64,000 bases of DNA from a virus. Lineage: Duplodnaviria; Heunggongvirae; Uroviricota; Caudoviricetes. Below are positions 8,761 to 16,390 of the stretch, piece by piece. Location: IMG/VR virus record IMGVR_UViG_3300050500_000527. One strand, written 5' to 3'. Under the pieces are notes generated by a model. It was given only the letters and a program-made list of their open reading frames with translations, searched no databases and was not told the origin of the DNA. Each line of letters opens with the position of its first letter. Within the stretch, counting starts at the first letter, position 1. A program made the position numbers and the translations under genes.

Positions 8761-8999
8761 ACCGTTTCTGCGTGGATTGCAAGTGGTCGGGTCTGCCTCA
8801 CGGGATGGTGTTTCAATATGAGCCGCCTTCCCCTGAGACGATGAATCTCTTCTTGCTTTGTCGCCACCCTGACCGGCCCGGCTGCCAGTGTACTTCACCC
8901 GTAACGGGCAAGCCGGGCGTTTCACCTTGCTGGCTGACGCGGCAGACTTCTTTCTGTGGAAAAGAAGGTGCGCACTGGGAAGCGTCTGCGGAACAGTGA
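8757..8999 (+). CDS. cysteine-rich small protein (80 aa)
   Basis: ATGA overlap with the upstream gene; multiple CxxC-type cysteine pairs. Confidence 0.35.
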   Translation: MNRFCVDCKWSGLPHGMVFQYEPPSPETMNLFLLCRHPDRPGCQCTSPVTGKPGVSPCWLTRQTSFCGKEGAHWEASAEQ

Positions 9000-9081
9000 T
9001 GTGCAATGCGTCGCTCGGGTTTACGGCCGCCCAGCCCGAGCGATAACGTTCCCTCTCCACTACACCCGGAGGGGGAGAGAA

Positions 9082-9419
9082 TGTTCGGCATTAAAGTTGC
9101 TGCCACCTTACTGCTCGTTTCTGACCTAGTCTTTCAGGCCACGCCGCCCGGTCGGCCGCGGCCCCCGGTGGAATATGTTCGGCCCGTCCCGAAGCCTGCC
9201 CCCCTCATCGAGTTGTTCGTCGCTCCGCCGCCCGCCCCAGTAAGTGCCGAACCCTCTGCTCCGCGGGACGAAGAGAGCTATGTACTGGTGAAAGGGCTAG
9301 ACGGTAGGCTGCTGGTACTGCCCTCCATTATGGCCGAGCTCGCCCTAACGAACGGCCAGGAGATTACCCTGGAGCAGATGTACCAGCTGCTGGACTACAA
9401 CAACCGGAAGCTCTATTGA
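9082..9419 (+). CDS. secreted proline-rich protein (112 aa)
   Basis: GGAGGGGGAGAGA ribosome-binding site then ATG; N-terminal signal-peptide-like helix followed by a P-rich linker. Confidence 0.4.
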
Positions 9420-9420
9420 T

Positions 9421-10059
9421 ATGACCCCGCCGATCCCCGTCCCCTCCCGCCACGTCTACCCGCCCGGCGCGCCGAGGCATGGCGCCTTCCGCGAGGACCG
9501 CGGCGGGCTGGGCGACCGGGAGCGGAAGGGGTTGCTGCGATTGCGGACCGTAGAAAGCGGCGAGGTTGAGCAGCGCGAAACTCTCCCGGACGAGGATGGC
9601 TTAATGCTCTTCCGCAACCGCGAGGTGTTCGATTTCTACGATCAAGATACGCGCATGCGCTTCCTGCTCGACGTGCGGGGCATTAAGGACGCTATCGCTG
9701 AGGAGCGTGTATCTTACGTGGTCGGGGAAGCGGAATTAACGCTGGACAGCTACTTCATCCTGTTAGAGCGGGGCGGTATTGAAGAGTCTCACCTCGCCCG
9801 GATTACTAAGCGCGACCTAGAAATCCCAGTAATCTACGTGCAATGGCCGGATGGCTCCCTTGTGCTAATCGACGGGGTGCACCGGGTGGTCAAGCAATTC
9901 CGCGCCGGGCGGCCCGCCGTGCGATGCGTGATCCTGACCTTCCGGGCCGCGCAGCGCTTCTTCCTCGACCTTTCCCGGACGGAGATGTTTAACGCGGCGG
10001 GCGAGCGCATTCCTTTCGTCGCGCCGCTACCGCCTATAGCCCCGAAAGCGTCGCTATGA
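9421..10059 (+). CDS. ParB-like nuclease (ParB N-terminal/sulfiredoxin fold) domain protein
   Basis: EIPVIYVQWPDGSLVLIDGVHRVVKQFRAGRPAVRCVIL matches the ParB N-terminal-domain pattern (hydrophobic run, DG-HR, arginine-rich). TGATATG coupling to the upstream gene. Confidence 0.45.
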   Translation: MTPPIPVPSRHVYPPGAPRHGAFREDRGGLGDRERKGLLRLRTVESGEVEQRETLPDEDGLMLFRNREVFDFYDQDTRMRFLLDVRGIKDAIAEERVSYVVGEAELTLDSYFILLERGGIEESHLARITKRDLEIPVIYVQWPDGSLVLIDGVHRVVKQFRAGRPAVRCVILTFRAAQRFFLDLSRTEMFNAAGERIPFVAPLPPIAPKASL

Positions 10060-10343
10060 ACAAGCCCAATCAGCCCGAGCGTGCCCAGCTCCACCTCCCC
10101 TCAGCGAAGAAGCCTATGCACCGCGTTCCTACGGCCTGGATTACGGCCTTGTTTATCCTCCTGCTCTGCGTGTTTTTTGAGCTGCAAATTTGGGCATTGC
10201 GCTCCGCCTCAAATCAGCTTTGTATAAAGGCGGGTGGGACGCCAACCGCGTTCTACCTAGCGAGCTGCGATTTTCTTGGCTCAGCAGCGCGCACGGTAGC
10301 CCCCACAGCGCCGCGGAATGGCGCTAGACGGAATCGGGAGTAG
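10056..10343 (+). CDS. small membrane protein (95 aa)
   Basis: ATGA overlap; central transmembrane segment WITALFILLLCVFFEL. Confidence 0.35.
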   Translation: MNKPNQPERAQLHLPSAKKPMHRVPTAWITALFILLLCVFFELQIWALRSASNQLCIKAGGTPTAFYLASCDFLGSAARTVAPTAPRNGARRNRE

Positions 10344-10347
10344 GATT

Positions 10348-10791
10348 ATGACGACCGTGACCTGGGAAGAAGCTTGCGATCAAGCGAATAGAGAGCTCGC
10401 GCATCGCGCCGAGCAGATGACCCAAGACGAATATCAAGAAGTGCTCCACGACCGCACGCGGGAGCTGCTAGGTCAGTTGCCGCTCGCCCGGCTACGCGAC
10501 GGCAAGCGGCTGAGCTCCGAGCAGTTCTTCCAGCTCGCTAGTATTGTCGGCCGTTACCTGGAAGACTTCGAGCACGTCGCCACCCTGGGCGACGCCCGGT
10601 TCTATGGCAGGCGGCTCGTCATAATGTTTCGCCTTTCCGCCCGGCCGGACGTAAGTTTTTCCATCGAATTAACGCCTACCGGCCAAATGGACCTTACGCG
10701 CGCCGGGCAAGATGCGGCCGTCCGAGCCTACGATGTACTGACTCCGGAATACGTGGACCGGCTGATCAAGGCCAAACCAATCACGCCATGA
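10348..10791 (+). CDS. hypothetical protein (147 aa)
   Basis: GGAG ribosome-binding site then ATG at 10348; no motif recognised. Confidence 0.4.
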   Translation: MTTVTWEEACDQANRELAHRAEQMTQDEYQEVLHDRTRELLGQLPLARLRDGKRLSSEQFFQLASIVGRYLEDFEHVATLGDARFYGRRLVIMFRLSARPDVSFSIELTPTGQMDLTRAGQDAAVRAYDVLTPEYVDRLIKAKPITP

Positions 10792-11123
10792 CCCAGAGCA
10801 AGGGTATTCGGAAGCGGCAAACCATGACAGCCCGGGATCGGCGGCACGCAATATTGATCCTTTATGCGGAAGGGCTGCTGTATAAGGAGATTGCCCACCG
10901 GCTGAGCATCGCGATCGGTACAGTGCAGAACGACCTTTGGCAGTTACGCGGCCAGTATAGCGCGCGGAATGGCCCCCACCTTGTTACGCGGGCATTTCAG
11001 CTCGGCGTCTTAAAGGTCCAGGAGAACACCCAGAATGGCAGCCACTCTCCCCTCGAGCCTCGAGAAGACTATGGAGCGCCGCGTTTATGCGGAGCGGGTG
11101 CCAAAGGGCATGATCCACTTTGA
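10788..11123 (+). CDS. LuxR/GerE-type helix-turn-helix transcriptional regulator
   Basis: ATGA overlap; ILILYAEGLLYKEIAHRLSIAIGTVQNDL is a typical LuxR C-terminal helix-turn-helix. Confidence 0.5.
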   Translation: MTQSKGIRKRQTMTARDRRHAILILYAEGLLYKEIAHRLSIAIGTVQNDLWQLRGQYSARNGPHLVTRAFQLGVLKVQENTQNGSHSPLEPREDYGAPRLCGAGAKGHDPL

Positions 11124-11124
11124 G

Positions 11125-11454
11125 GTGCCGATTATTATCGTGCGCTATGGCGGGAATGTCTGCGGCTTGGCCATGCACCCTGGCATTATGGTCCTGGAGG
11201 ATAACGTAGAGCGCGTGCCCGGCGCCGCACTGGTCTATTTGACCATGACGCGCTTTCACCATGACAACGCCGAGGTTGGCTTCGTGATCGGCGGTTATGC
11301 CGTTTATGCCAGCTGGTGGCGGAAAGGCGCGCCAGTCCAATATCAGCGACGCGCTTATGGCTCTAGTGAAGGGTGGCCGACGCAAGTCGACCCGCGCAAG
11401 CAGCTTCGTTTTGTCGGGTTTCGTAAACCTTCCTGGCGCGGCTGGAGAGAGTAA
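11125..11454 (+). CDS. hypothetical protein (start uncertain; GTG 11125, or ATG 11071/11173)
   Basis: In-frame ORF filling the gap between the LuxR gene and 11455; start codon not resolved. Confidence 0.3.
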   Translation: MPIIIVRYGGNVCGLAMHPGIMVLEDNVERVPGAALVYLTMTRFHHDNAEVGFVIGGYAVYASWWRKGAPVQYQRRAYGSSEGWPTQVDPRKQLRFVGFRKPSWRGWRE

Positions 11455-11835
11455 ATGGCAACATGGCAACTGACCTCAGTCCAGGAGCGCGGCAAGCGCG
11501 AGCTGGTGGAGGTGCTGGTTCACCCGCACTGGTTTCTACAACTTTGGGGGAAGCCCCTTAGGGTCGCGCACTTCGTTCGGGAGGCCGGGGCCTGGTATGA
11601 GGCGATGCCGAGCGGAGTATTGGTGCGGTGCTATCCGCAGGTTGAGGACCGCTTAACCCAGATGATGGCCCTCCGTGCAATTAAGCAGCGGGCGCTGGAT
11701 GTAGCGGTTGAGCAAGGTAGGATCAAACTCCGCGCGACGCGAACGAATTATTCTGACTATGCGAAATTGGGCAGAGACGTGCACCTAGGGAGAGAACATG
11801 CCAAACGCCCCGATGAGCCTACGAAGAGCGATTAA
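11455..11835 (+). CDS. hypothetical protein (126 aa)
   Basis: GGAGAG ribosome-binding site then ATG; no motif recognised. Confidence 0.4.
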   Translation: MATWQLTSVQERGKRELVEVLVHPHWFLQLWGKPLRVAHFVREAGAWYEAMPSGVLVRCYPQVEDRLTQMMALRAIKQRALDVAVEQGRIKLRATRTNYSDYAKLGRDVHLGREHAKRPDEPTKSD

Positions 11836-12346
11836 TCTCCTAACACGGGCGCACACGGACGACGCTCCGCCGGGCGGCCCGGAAGCCGCCTGGACGCTAC
11901 ACATGCCCAAGGTGGATCAGATTTGGCTGGCGCGGGCCGGGTGTTCCTTCCACGAATATATGGAAGCCTGGAATGCGCTGCGGGAGGCGCGGAAGGGCAT
12001 CCTCCGCAGCCTAGACCTTACCGAGCTCCGACCGCTCAGCGAGTGGCACGAAGACGTCGGTCCAGTATTGTGGTGGAAGTTCCCGCTCGACGAGCCGCCT
12101 TATTGCGGCTCCCCGTTGGACCTGGGCTACGAGGTGGTGATTACCGGCATAGCGACGGCGGCGGCGCCCCTAGATCAATCTCCCAATGCACCGAAGCCTG
12201 TTACGGTCAAGTCGGAGATGGGCTCGATTATGGTGGGCGGGTGGCCAGGCTACCATACCCACTGGACGCCGCTGCCGATGCCCATGGCGCCGCGGGAAGC
12301 GCCGCCCAAGCTTCCGCACGATGAACGGGGCTGGCAGCCGGATTAA
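11798..12346 (+). CDS. hypothetical protein (182 aa)
   Basis: ORF in the codon-biased frame overlapping the upstream gene; no motif recognised. Confidence 0.35.
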   Translation: MPNAPMSLRRAINLLTRAHTDDAPPGGPEAAWTLHMPKVDQIWLARAGCSFHEYMEAWNALREARKGILRSLDLTELRPLSEWHEDVGPVLWWKFPLDEPPYCGSPLDLGYEVVITGIATAAAPLDQSPNAPKPVTVKSEMGSIMVGGWPGYHTHWTPLPMPMAPREAPPKLPHDERGWQPD

Positions 12347-12353
12347 GCCCCTA

Positions 12354-12384
12354 CTTCCGCTTCCTGACACTCCGGAAGCTTCCG
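12354..12384. repeat. CTTCCG repeats and 12-bp palindrome CGGAAGCTTCCG immediately upstream of the recombinase gene
   Basis: aCTTCCGCTTCCtgacactCCGGAAGCTTCCGaaaaa seen directly; candidate recombinase or regulator binding site. Confidence 0.35.
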
Positions 12385-12414
12385 AAAAATCTCCCATAAT
12401 TACAAGAGCGTTCA

Positions 12415-13050
12415 ATGAAAAAGCTAGGCCGCCACCATACGCGGGTTTCCGTAGAGGCCCCCGTACGGAAGCCGAAGCAGGTCCGCGGCCAGATGAAAGC
12501 CTTTAGCCCGGCGGATGTCACGAACATTGAACAACGGCTACAGGAAAACGGCAGCCTCGTAGATATCCGCGACCTAGCGCTATTCCGCGTGGCTATTGAC
12601 ACGATGCTCCGCGGCTCAGACGTCATAGCCCTAACAGTGGGCACCGTTCAGCCCAGGGCGGACGCGCCGCTCGTGGAAGAGTTCTGGTGGAGCCAGCGGA
12701 AGACCGCGCGGGCCGTCCAGTGCCACCTCAGCGAGCGCACTCGCACTGCCCTGGGCGCCTGGCTCGCCGCGTTTTGGGACGCCTACACGCCCAACGACCG
12801 GGTGTTCAATATCTCCGATCGGCAGTTCCGCAATCGCATTAAGCTGCTGGCCGGATATGCGGGGCACGACCCGCGGCTCTATAGCGGGCATAGCACCCGG
12901 CGCACGCTCCCCAAGCAGATTTATGCCCAGGAACGCAACCTGGCCGCGGCGCGCCTACTACTCGGCCACACGTCGATCGGCGCGACAGCAGAATATTTGG
13001 GCGTAGAGCGTGAAGACGCGAAAGAAGCTTGGAAGAGGAACGTGCTATGA
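12415..13050 (+). CDS. tyrosine recombinase (phage integrase family, short catalytic-domain-only form, 211 aa)
   Basis: C-terminal LLGHTSIGATAEYLGV corresponds to the LGH...Y catalytic tyrosine motif. Upstream RDLALFRVAIDTMLRGSDVIALT carries the conserved arginine box; HSTRRT carries the His-x-x-Arg. Confidence 0.6.
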   Translation: MKKLGRHHTRVSVEAPVRKPKQVRGQMKAFSPADVTNIEQRLQENGSLVDIRDLALFRVAIDTMLRGSDVIALTVGTVQPRADAPLVEEFWWSQRKTARAVQCHLSERTRTALGAWLAAFWDAYTPNDRVFNISDRQFRNRIKLLAGYAGHDPRLYSGHSTRRTLPKQIYAQERNLAAARLLLGHTSIGATAEYLGVEREDAKEAWKRNVL

Positions 13051-13523
13051 GACTATGGATTGAGTGGGCGTGGGCGCAAGTTACTCGGGCAGCTCAGACG
13101 AAGTTCGGAGAATTTGTTGCGCTGCTCTTCATCATCTTCCTTATGCTCGCGGTGGTCGTGGTCGCCCTGGGCTTCTTCAGCAAACCGAAAGAAATCGTGC
13201 TGAACGCTCCAGAAAAGCTAGCGATGAAGGGCGACGCCTTACAAATCCGCGCCGTAGAGCTCAAGCCTTCTGAGCCGCTCCCCGTAGCGCCGCCGCGGCT
13301 GGGCTTCATTATGGTGTTCTCGGCGAATGGTGCTTTGGTCATCTACGAGGCCATAAAGGGAGAGGTGCGCAAAACGGAAGCCGGTATGTTCTATACGAAC
13401 AGTGAGGGAGTTGACCGGGAGTTCGGCGGCCATTCGGTATTTTTCCGCTCTGCCCAGCCACTAAAGCTCGAGGAAACTCCAAAAATCGCGACGCAAAGCG
13501 CCGCCCGGTTTAGGGCCAATTGA
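13029..13523 (+). CDS. membrane protein (164 aa)
   Basis: Hydrophobic segment FVALLFIIFLMLAVVVVALGFF; start may be 13047. Confidence 0.4.
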   Translation: MEEERAMRLWIEWAWAQVTRAAQTKFGEFVALLFIIFLMLAVVVVALGFFSKPKEIVLNAPEKLAMKGDALQIRAVELKPSEPLPVAPPRLGFIMVFSANGALVIYEAIKGEVRKTEAGMFYTNSEGVDREFGGHSVFFRSAQPLKLEETPKIATQSAARFRAN

Positions 13524-13525
13524 AC

Positions 13526-13633
13526 ATGAAACCCTATTTGCTCGCCGCAGCCATCGTCATTTCGCTCGGCCTGGCTGATTATGTCTTTGACATCTCTCTC
13601 CACCATTTCGCCACTTATTTGGGCGCGAAATGA
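13526..13633 (+). CDS. unannotated 35-aa hydrophobic peptide (MKPYLLAAAIVISLGLADYVFDISLHHFATYLGAK)
   Basis: Not in the supplied ORF track (under 60 aa). ATG 2 nt after the upstream TGA, and its own TGA overlaps the ATG of the next gene (ATGA), fitting the translational-coupling pattern of this block. Confidence 0.35.
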   Translation: MKPYLLAAAIVISLGLADYVFDISLHHFATYLGAK

Positions 13634-14286
13634 GTAACCGGCTCTTCCTCTACCACCGCCCCACCCGGCAGTTCCTGATCCTGGCCCAGCGGGGCGAATT
13701 CGGATGGGTGCCGACGGGCGGCCGGAATGACGAGCTATTCGTCGGCCTGGCCAACATGTTCCAGCGTGCAGCCAATGGCCTGGATGCAACCCAGCCCTTC
13801 GGTCACCAGGATGACTTCGTGCTGCTTATGGACAGCGCGGAGGGCGCCCCTTATGCCTACCCGCTGGACGACGCCTCCCACTATTGGGTCGGCGACGACC
13901 TACACCTCCGGCCGCCGCTCGCCTTTACCGGCGCCACTAACCGCGACGAAGCTGCCCAGTCCCTACAGCGCACGCTAGCCATCGTTAGCGGTCATCGCGG
14001 CGTCCCGAAGGCCTGGGACGATAAAGGTCAGCAGCGCGTGCTCGCCGCGAACGACATGTTGCAAGCGGAAAACGCCGAACTGCGTGACGGTATTCGTTAC
14101 CTGATGGAGATGATTGATCTGCGTAAGCTCGGCGAGCAGATTTTCGCGCATGAGCTGCTCGGCCAGAAACACCCGGCTCGCGTGCAGTTTAAGGAGCGCG
14201 TCGCGGTGCTATGGCCCAAGGTGTTCGCCTGGGCAGAAGGCTTCGAGGAGCGGGTCAAGAACTGGCGCCGGAAGCGGCGGGCCTGA
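13630..14286 (+). CDS. hypothetical protein (218 aa)
   Basis: ORF in the codon-biased frame, coupled on both sides; no motif recognised. Confidence 0.4.
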   Translation: MSNRLFLYHRPTRQFLILAQRGEFGWVPTGGRNDELFVGLANMFQRAANGLDATQPFGHQDDFVLLMDSAEGAPYAYPLDDASHYWVGDDLHLRPPLAFTGATNRDEAAQSLQRTLAIVSGHRGVPKAWDDKGQQRVLAANDMLQAENAELRDGIRYLMEMIDLRKLGEQIFAHELLGQKHPARVQFKERVAVLWPKVFAWAEGFEERVKNWRRKRRA

Positions 14287-14512
14287 GATGGCTCGCGCCC
14301 GGATAACGCCGCCGATCAAGCAGGTCCAGGAACGCCTAGAGCGGATCGAGTCGCTGATTAAGGCGCATGCAACTTATATCGGGATCTTGGAGGGCGAGCG
14401 CCAAGAGCTGCTAACCGCGATGAAGGTTTTACTTCGTCCCGGCTATACGGCGGATTACGGCGCCCGATATAGGCGGCGGCGAGCGCCCGTGAAGCGGCGT
14501 CTGGTGCCATAA
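14287..14512 (+). CDS. hypothetical small basic protein (74 aa)
   Basis: TGAGATG coupling to the upstream gene; GC3-rich; arginine-rich C-terminus. Overlaps the minus-strand ORF 14358-14741 convergently. Confidence 0.3.
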
Positions 14513-14678
14513 AGCCTTTGTCGATCTGGCCATTGCGCCAGCCATGCCAATAATCGCGGGACCGATTGTCGCCGCAAGGCTCATTCGCGCGGCCGTCGGC
14601 GTAACCGGCGATCACCTCATAGGAGTCTAGGCTAACGAGCTCTTCGATAGTGGTAACGGGTTTGCGGCGATCTTCCAT
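14358..14678 (-). CDS. hypothetical protein (about 106 aa from MEDRRKP; ORF extends to 14741)
   Basis: N-terminal part looks protein-like (DYWHGWRNGQIDKGF); C-terminal part is low complexity and overlaps the plus-strand gene. Confidence 0.25.
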   Translation of the reverse strand: MEDRRKPVTTIEELVSLDSYEVIAGYADGRANEPCGDNRSRDYWHGWRNGQIDKGFMAPDAASRALAAAYIGRRNPPYSRDEVKPSSRLAALGARPPRSRYKLHAP

Positions 14679-14730
14679 GGGGAGCCCTGAGGCAGCTTCT
14701 AACCGCCTCAGTATAACCGTATAATCGCGC

Positions 14731-15009
14731 CTAGGCCGCATCTTCGAGGACTTTTCTCACGACCTCATCGTCGCCGATGGCTTCTTGCTTCGCGAGTTCC
14801 TCGACCGCAGGGGCCTTGTTCATGGCCAGCTCGGACTCGGTAATCGCTTTGGCCAATTCGAGCTTCTTGGCGGCCTCTTCTTCCTCGTCCATCAGCTGTA
14901 GCAGGTTCGTAACTTCCTGCTCGGCCCCTTGGGCCGCATGAACCTGCGCGGTCAGCTGAAGGCGCGTATTGCGCAGTAGCTCTAGGCGTGCCAGCAGTTT
15001 TTCCCGCAT
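14731..15009 (-). CDS. coiled-coil protein (about 92 aa)
   Basis: Heptad-like, glutamate/lysine-rich sequence downstream of the scaffold-like gene. Confidence 0.35.
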   Translation of the reverse strand: MREKLLARLELLRNTRLQLTAQVHAAQGAEQEVTNLLQLMDEEEEAAKKLELAKAITESELAMNKAPAVEELAKQEAIGDDEVVRKVLEDAA

Positions 15010-15013
15010 GAGT

Positions 15014-16375
15014 CTACGCCCCCAAGAACTGGCGCATACCGCCGCGCTTACCACCCATTTTGTGGTAGAGCGCTTCGAATTCCGCTTCGCTCATATTGGC
15101 AATTGCGTCGGCCGTTAGGGCGTCGCTACCGGCTCCACCGACGCCGCTCAGCGTCGCAGAGGCCGCGCGGGCCGCTGCCTGATTGGCCAGGGCTTGAGCA
15201 TGGTTAATCGCCGCGGGCGTAGCCGAGTTCGGCACGGGCACCGGAGCGGCGGGCGGCGGAACCACCGCGGCGGCGGGCGCCGGAGCGGGGGCTGGTGCCG
15301 CGGTGGGTGCGGCGGGCGGTGCGTGACGGAAGCCCCGCATAATGGCGACGTTGTGGATAAACTCGGCGGGCCGCTTGCGCTGCTCATATGCCTTGCGCAC
15401 CAGCTGGGCTTCTTCTTCCCGAATTACCTGCATCCGCTGGTTGGGGTCTGTATAGCCCATCAGCGTCAGCTCAGCGTTGCGCGAATCGATCAGGTGCCGA
15501 TAGGCTTGAGCGAACTCCGGCTTCGCCGCGGCATAGGCCTGGGCGTCACCCTTATAGCTCTGCATCATATTGGCTTCGGTAAGCTGCCCTGAGACCTCCT
15601 CCACCTTCTTGGTGGCGGTTTCCTGAAGGGCCGTGATGCGCTGATCCATCTTCGCGATCTGGCGGCCCTGCCAGGCAGCATAGCCGAAGATATCCGTCTG
15701 CGGGTCGGGTGCTTCGTCCACCGGCTCGGGAGCGGGCGCCGGAGCGGCGGGCTGAGCGGGCGCCGCGCGCTGCGCCAACAGGTCGTTGAGCTGAGCGAAG
15801 CGGCCTTCCATGGTGGCCAGGTTCTGGCGCAGCTGGGTCAGCTCCGTGGTAGCCGTATCAGCGCGGGCGCGCTCCGACTTAAAGCGCTCACGGGCTTTAT
15901 GCAGAGCGGAGTGCGGCACGTAACGGCCGCGCGGGTCGCGCATTACGCCCTGGGCGTCGACCGTGAGGGTGTCAAAGTCTACTTCCTCATCTTCACCGAC
16001 GGCTTCCGAGTTCGGCGCCGGAGCGGCGGGCTGCGGTGGGGTAAGCGGCGCACCGTCGGGCGTAACCGGAGCGCGCGGCGCTTCCGCGGCGACGGGCGTC
16101 GGCGCCGGAGCGGGCGGAGGCGTATAGGCGGGCTGAGGTGTCAGGGGTCCGCCGTCGGGCGTAACCGGAGCGCGCGGCGCGACGGGTTCGGGCGCGACGC
16201 CCAGCCCCGCAGTGTCATTGCCGCGGGAGTTGAAATAGGCGAGCTCTTCCGGGCTAAGCTCTTCGCTTTCCCATCCCGATTTCTTCTCGCCGAGTTCAGT
16301 CCGGGTGAATTCGTCCGCGTTGGTCGGCGCGGGCTGCGGCGCCGCGGCGCCGGGGATATCAGTAGCGGTCGTCAT
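15014..16375 (-). CDS. proline/alanine-rich coiled-coil protein, candidate head scaffolding protein (453 aa)
   Basis: Directly downstream of the portal-like gene. Contains the internal tandem repeat APRAPVTPDG(G/A)PLTP twice, central coiled-coil segments and a C-terminal helix; composition is typical of scaffolding proteins. Confidence 0.4.
   Translation of the reverse strand: MTTATDIPGAAAPQPAPTNADEFTRTELGEKKSGWESEELSPEELAYFNSRGNDTAGLGVAPEPVAPRAPVTPDGGPLTPQPAYTPPPAPAPTPVAAEAPRAPVTPDGAPLTPPQPAAPAPNSEAVGEDEEVDFDTLTVDAQGVMRDPRGRYVPHSALHKARERFKSERARADTATTELTQLRQNLATMEGRFAQLNDLLAQRAAPAQPAAPAPAPEPVDEAPDPQTDIFGYAAWQGRQIAKMDQRITALQETATKKVEEVSGQLTEANMMQSYKGDAQAYAAAKPEFAQAYRHLIDSRNAELTLMGYTDPNQRMQVIREEEAQLVRKAYEQRKRPAEFIHNVAIMRGFRHAPPAAPTAAPAPAPAPAAAVVPPPAAPVPVPNSATPAAINHAQALANQAAARAASATLSGVGGAGSDALTADAIANMSEAEFEALYHKMGGKRGGMRQFLGA
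16049..16190. repeat. about 100-bp intragenic tandem direct repeat (GTCGGGCGTAACCGGAGCGCGCGGCGC twice) in the scaffold-like gene
   Basis: Seen directly; encodes the duplicated peptide APRAPVTPDG(G/A)PLTP. Confidence 0.55.
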
Positions 16376-16390
16376 TATGGCCTCCTGGGC

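Noticed and set aside
12415-13050. Recombinase as marker of a prophage end with adjacent attP
   Set aside because: No direct repeat or tRNA adjacent to it, and phage genes continue on both sides. It is more likely an internal resolvase or invertase (see finding).
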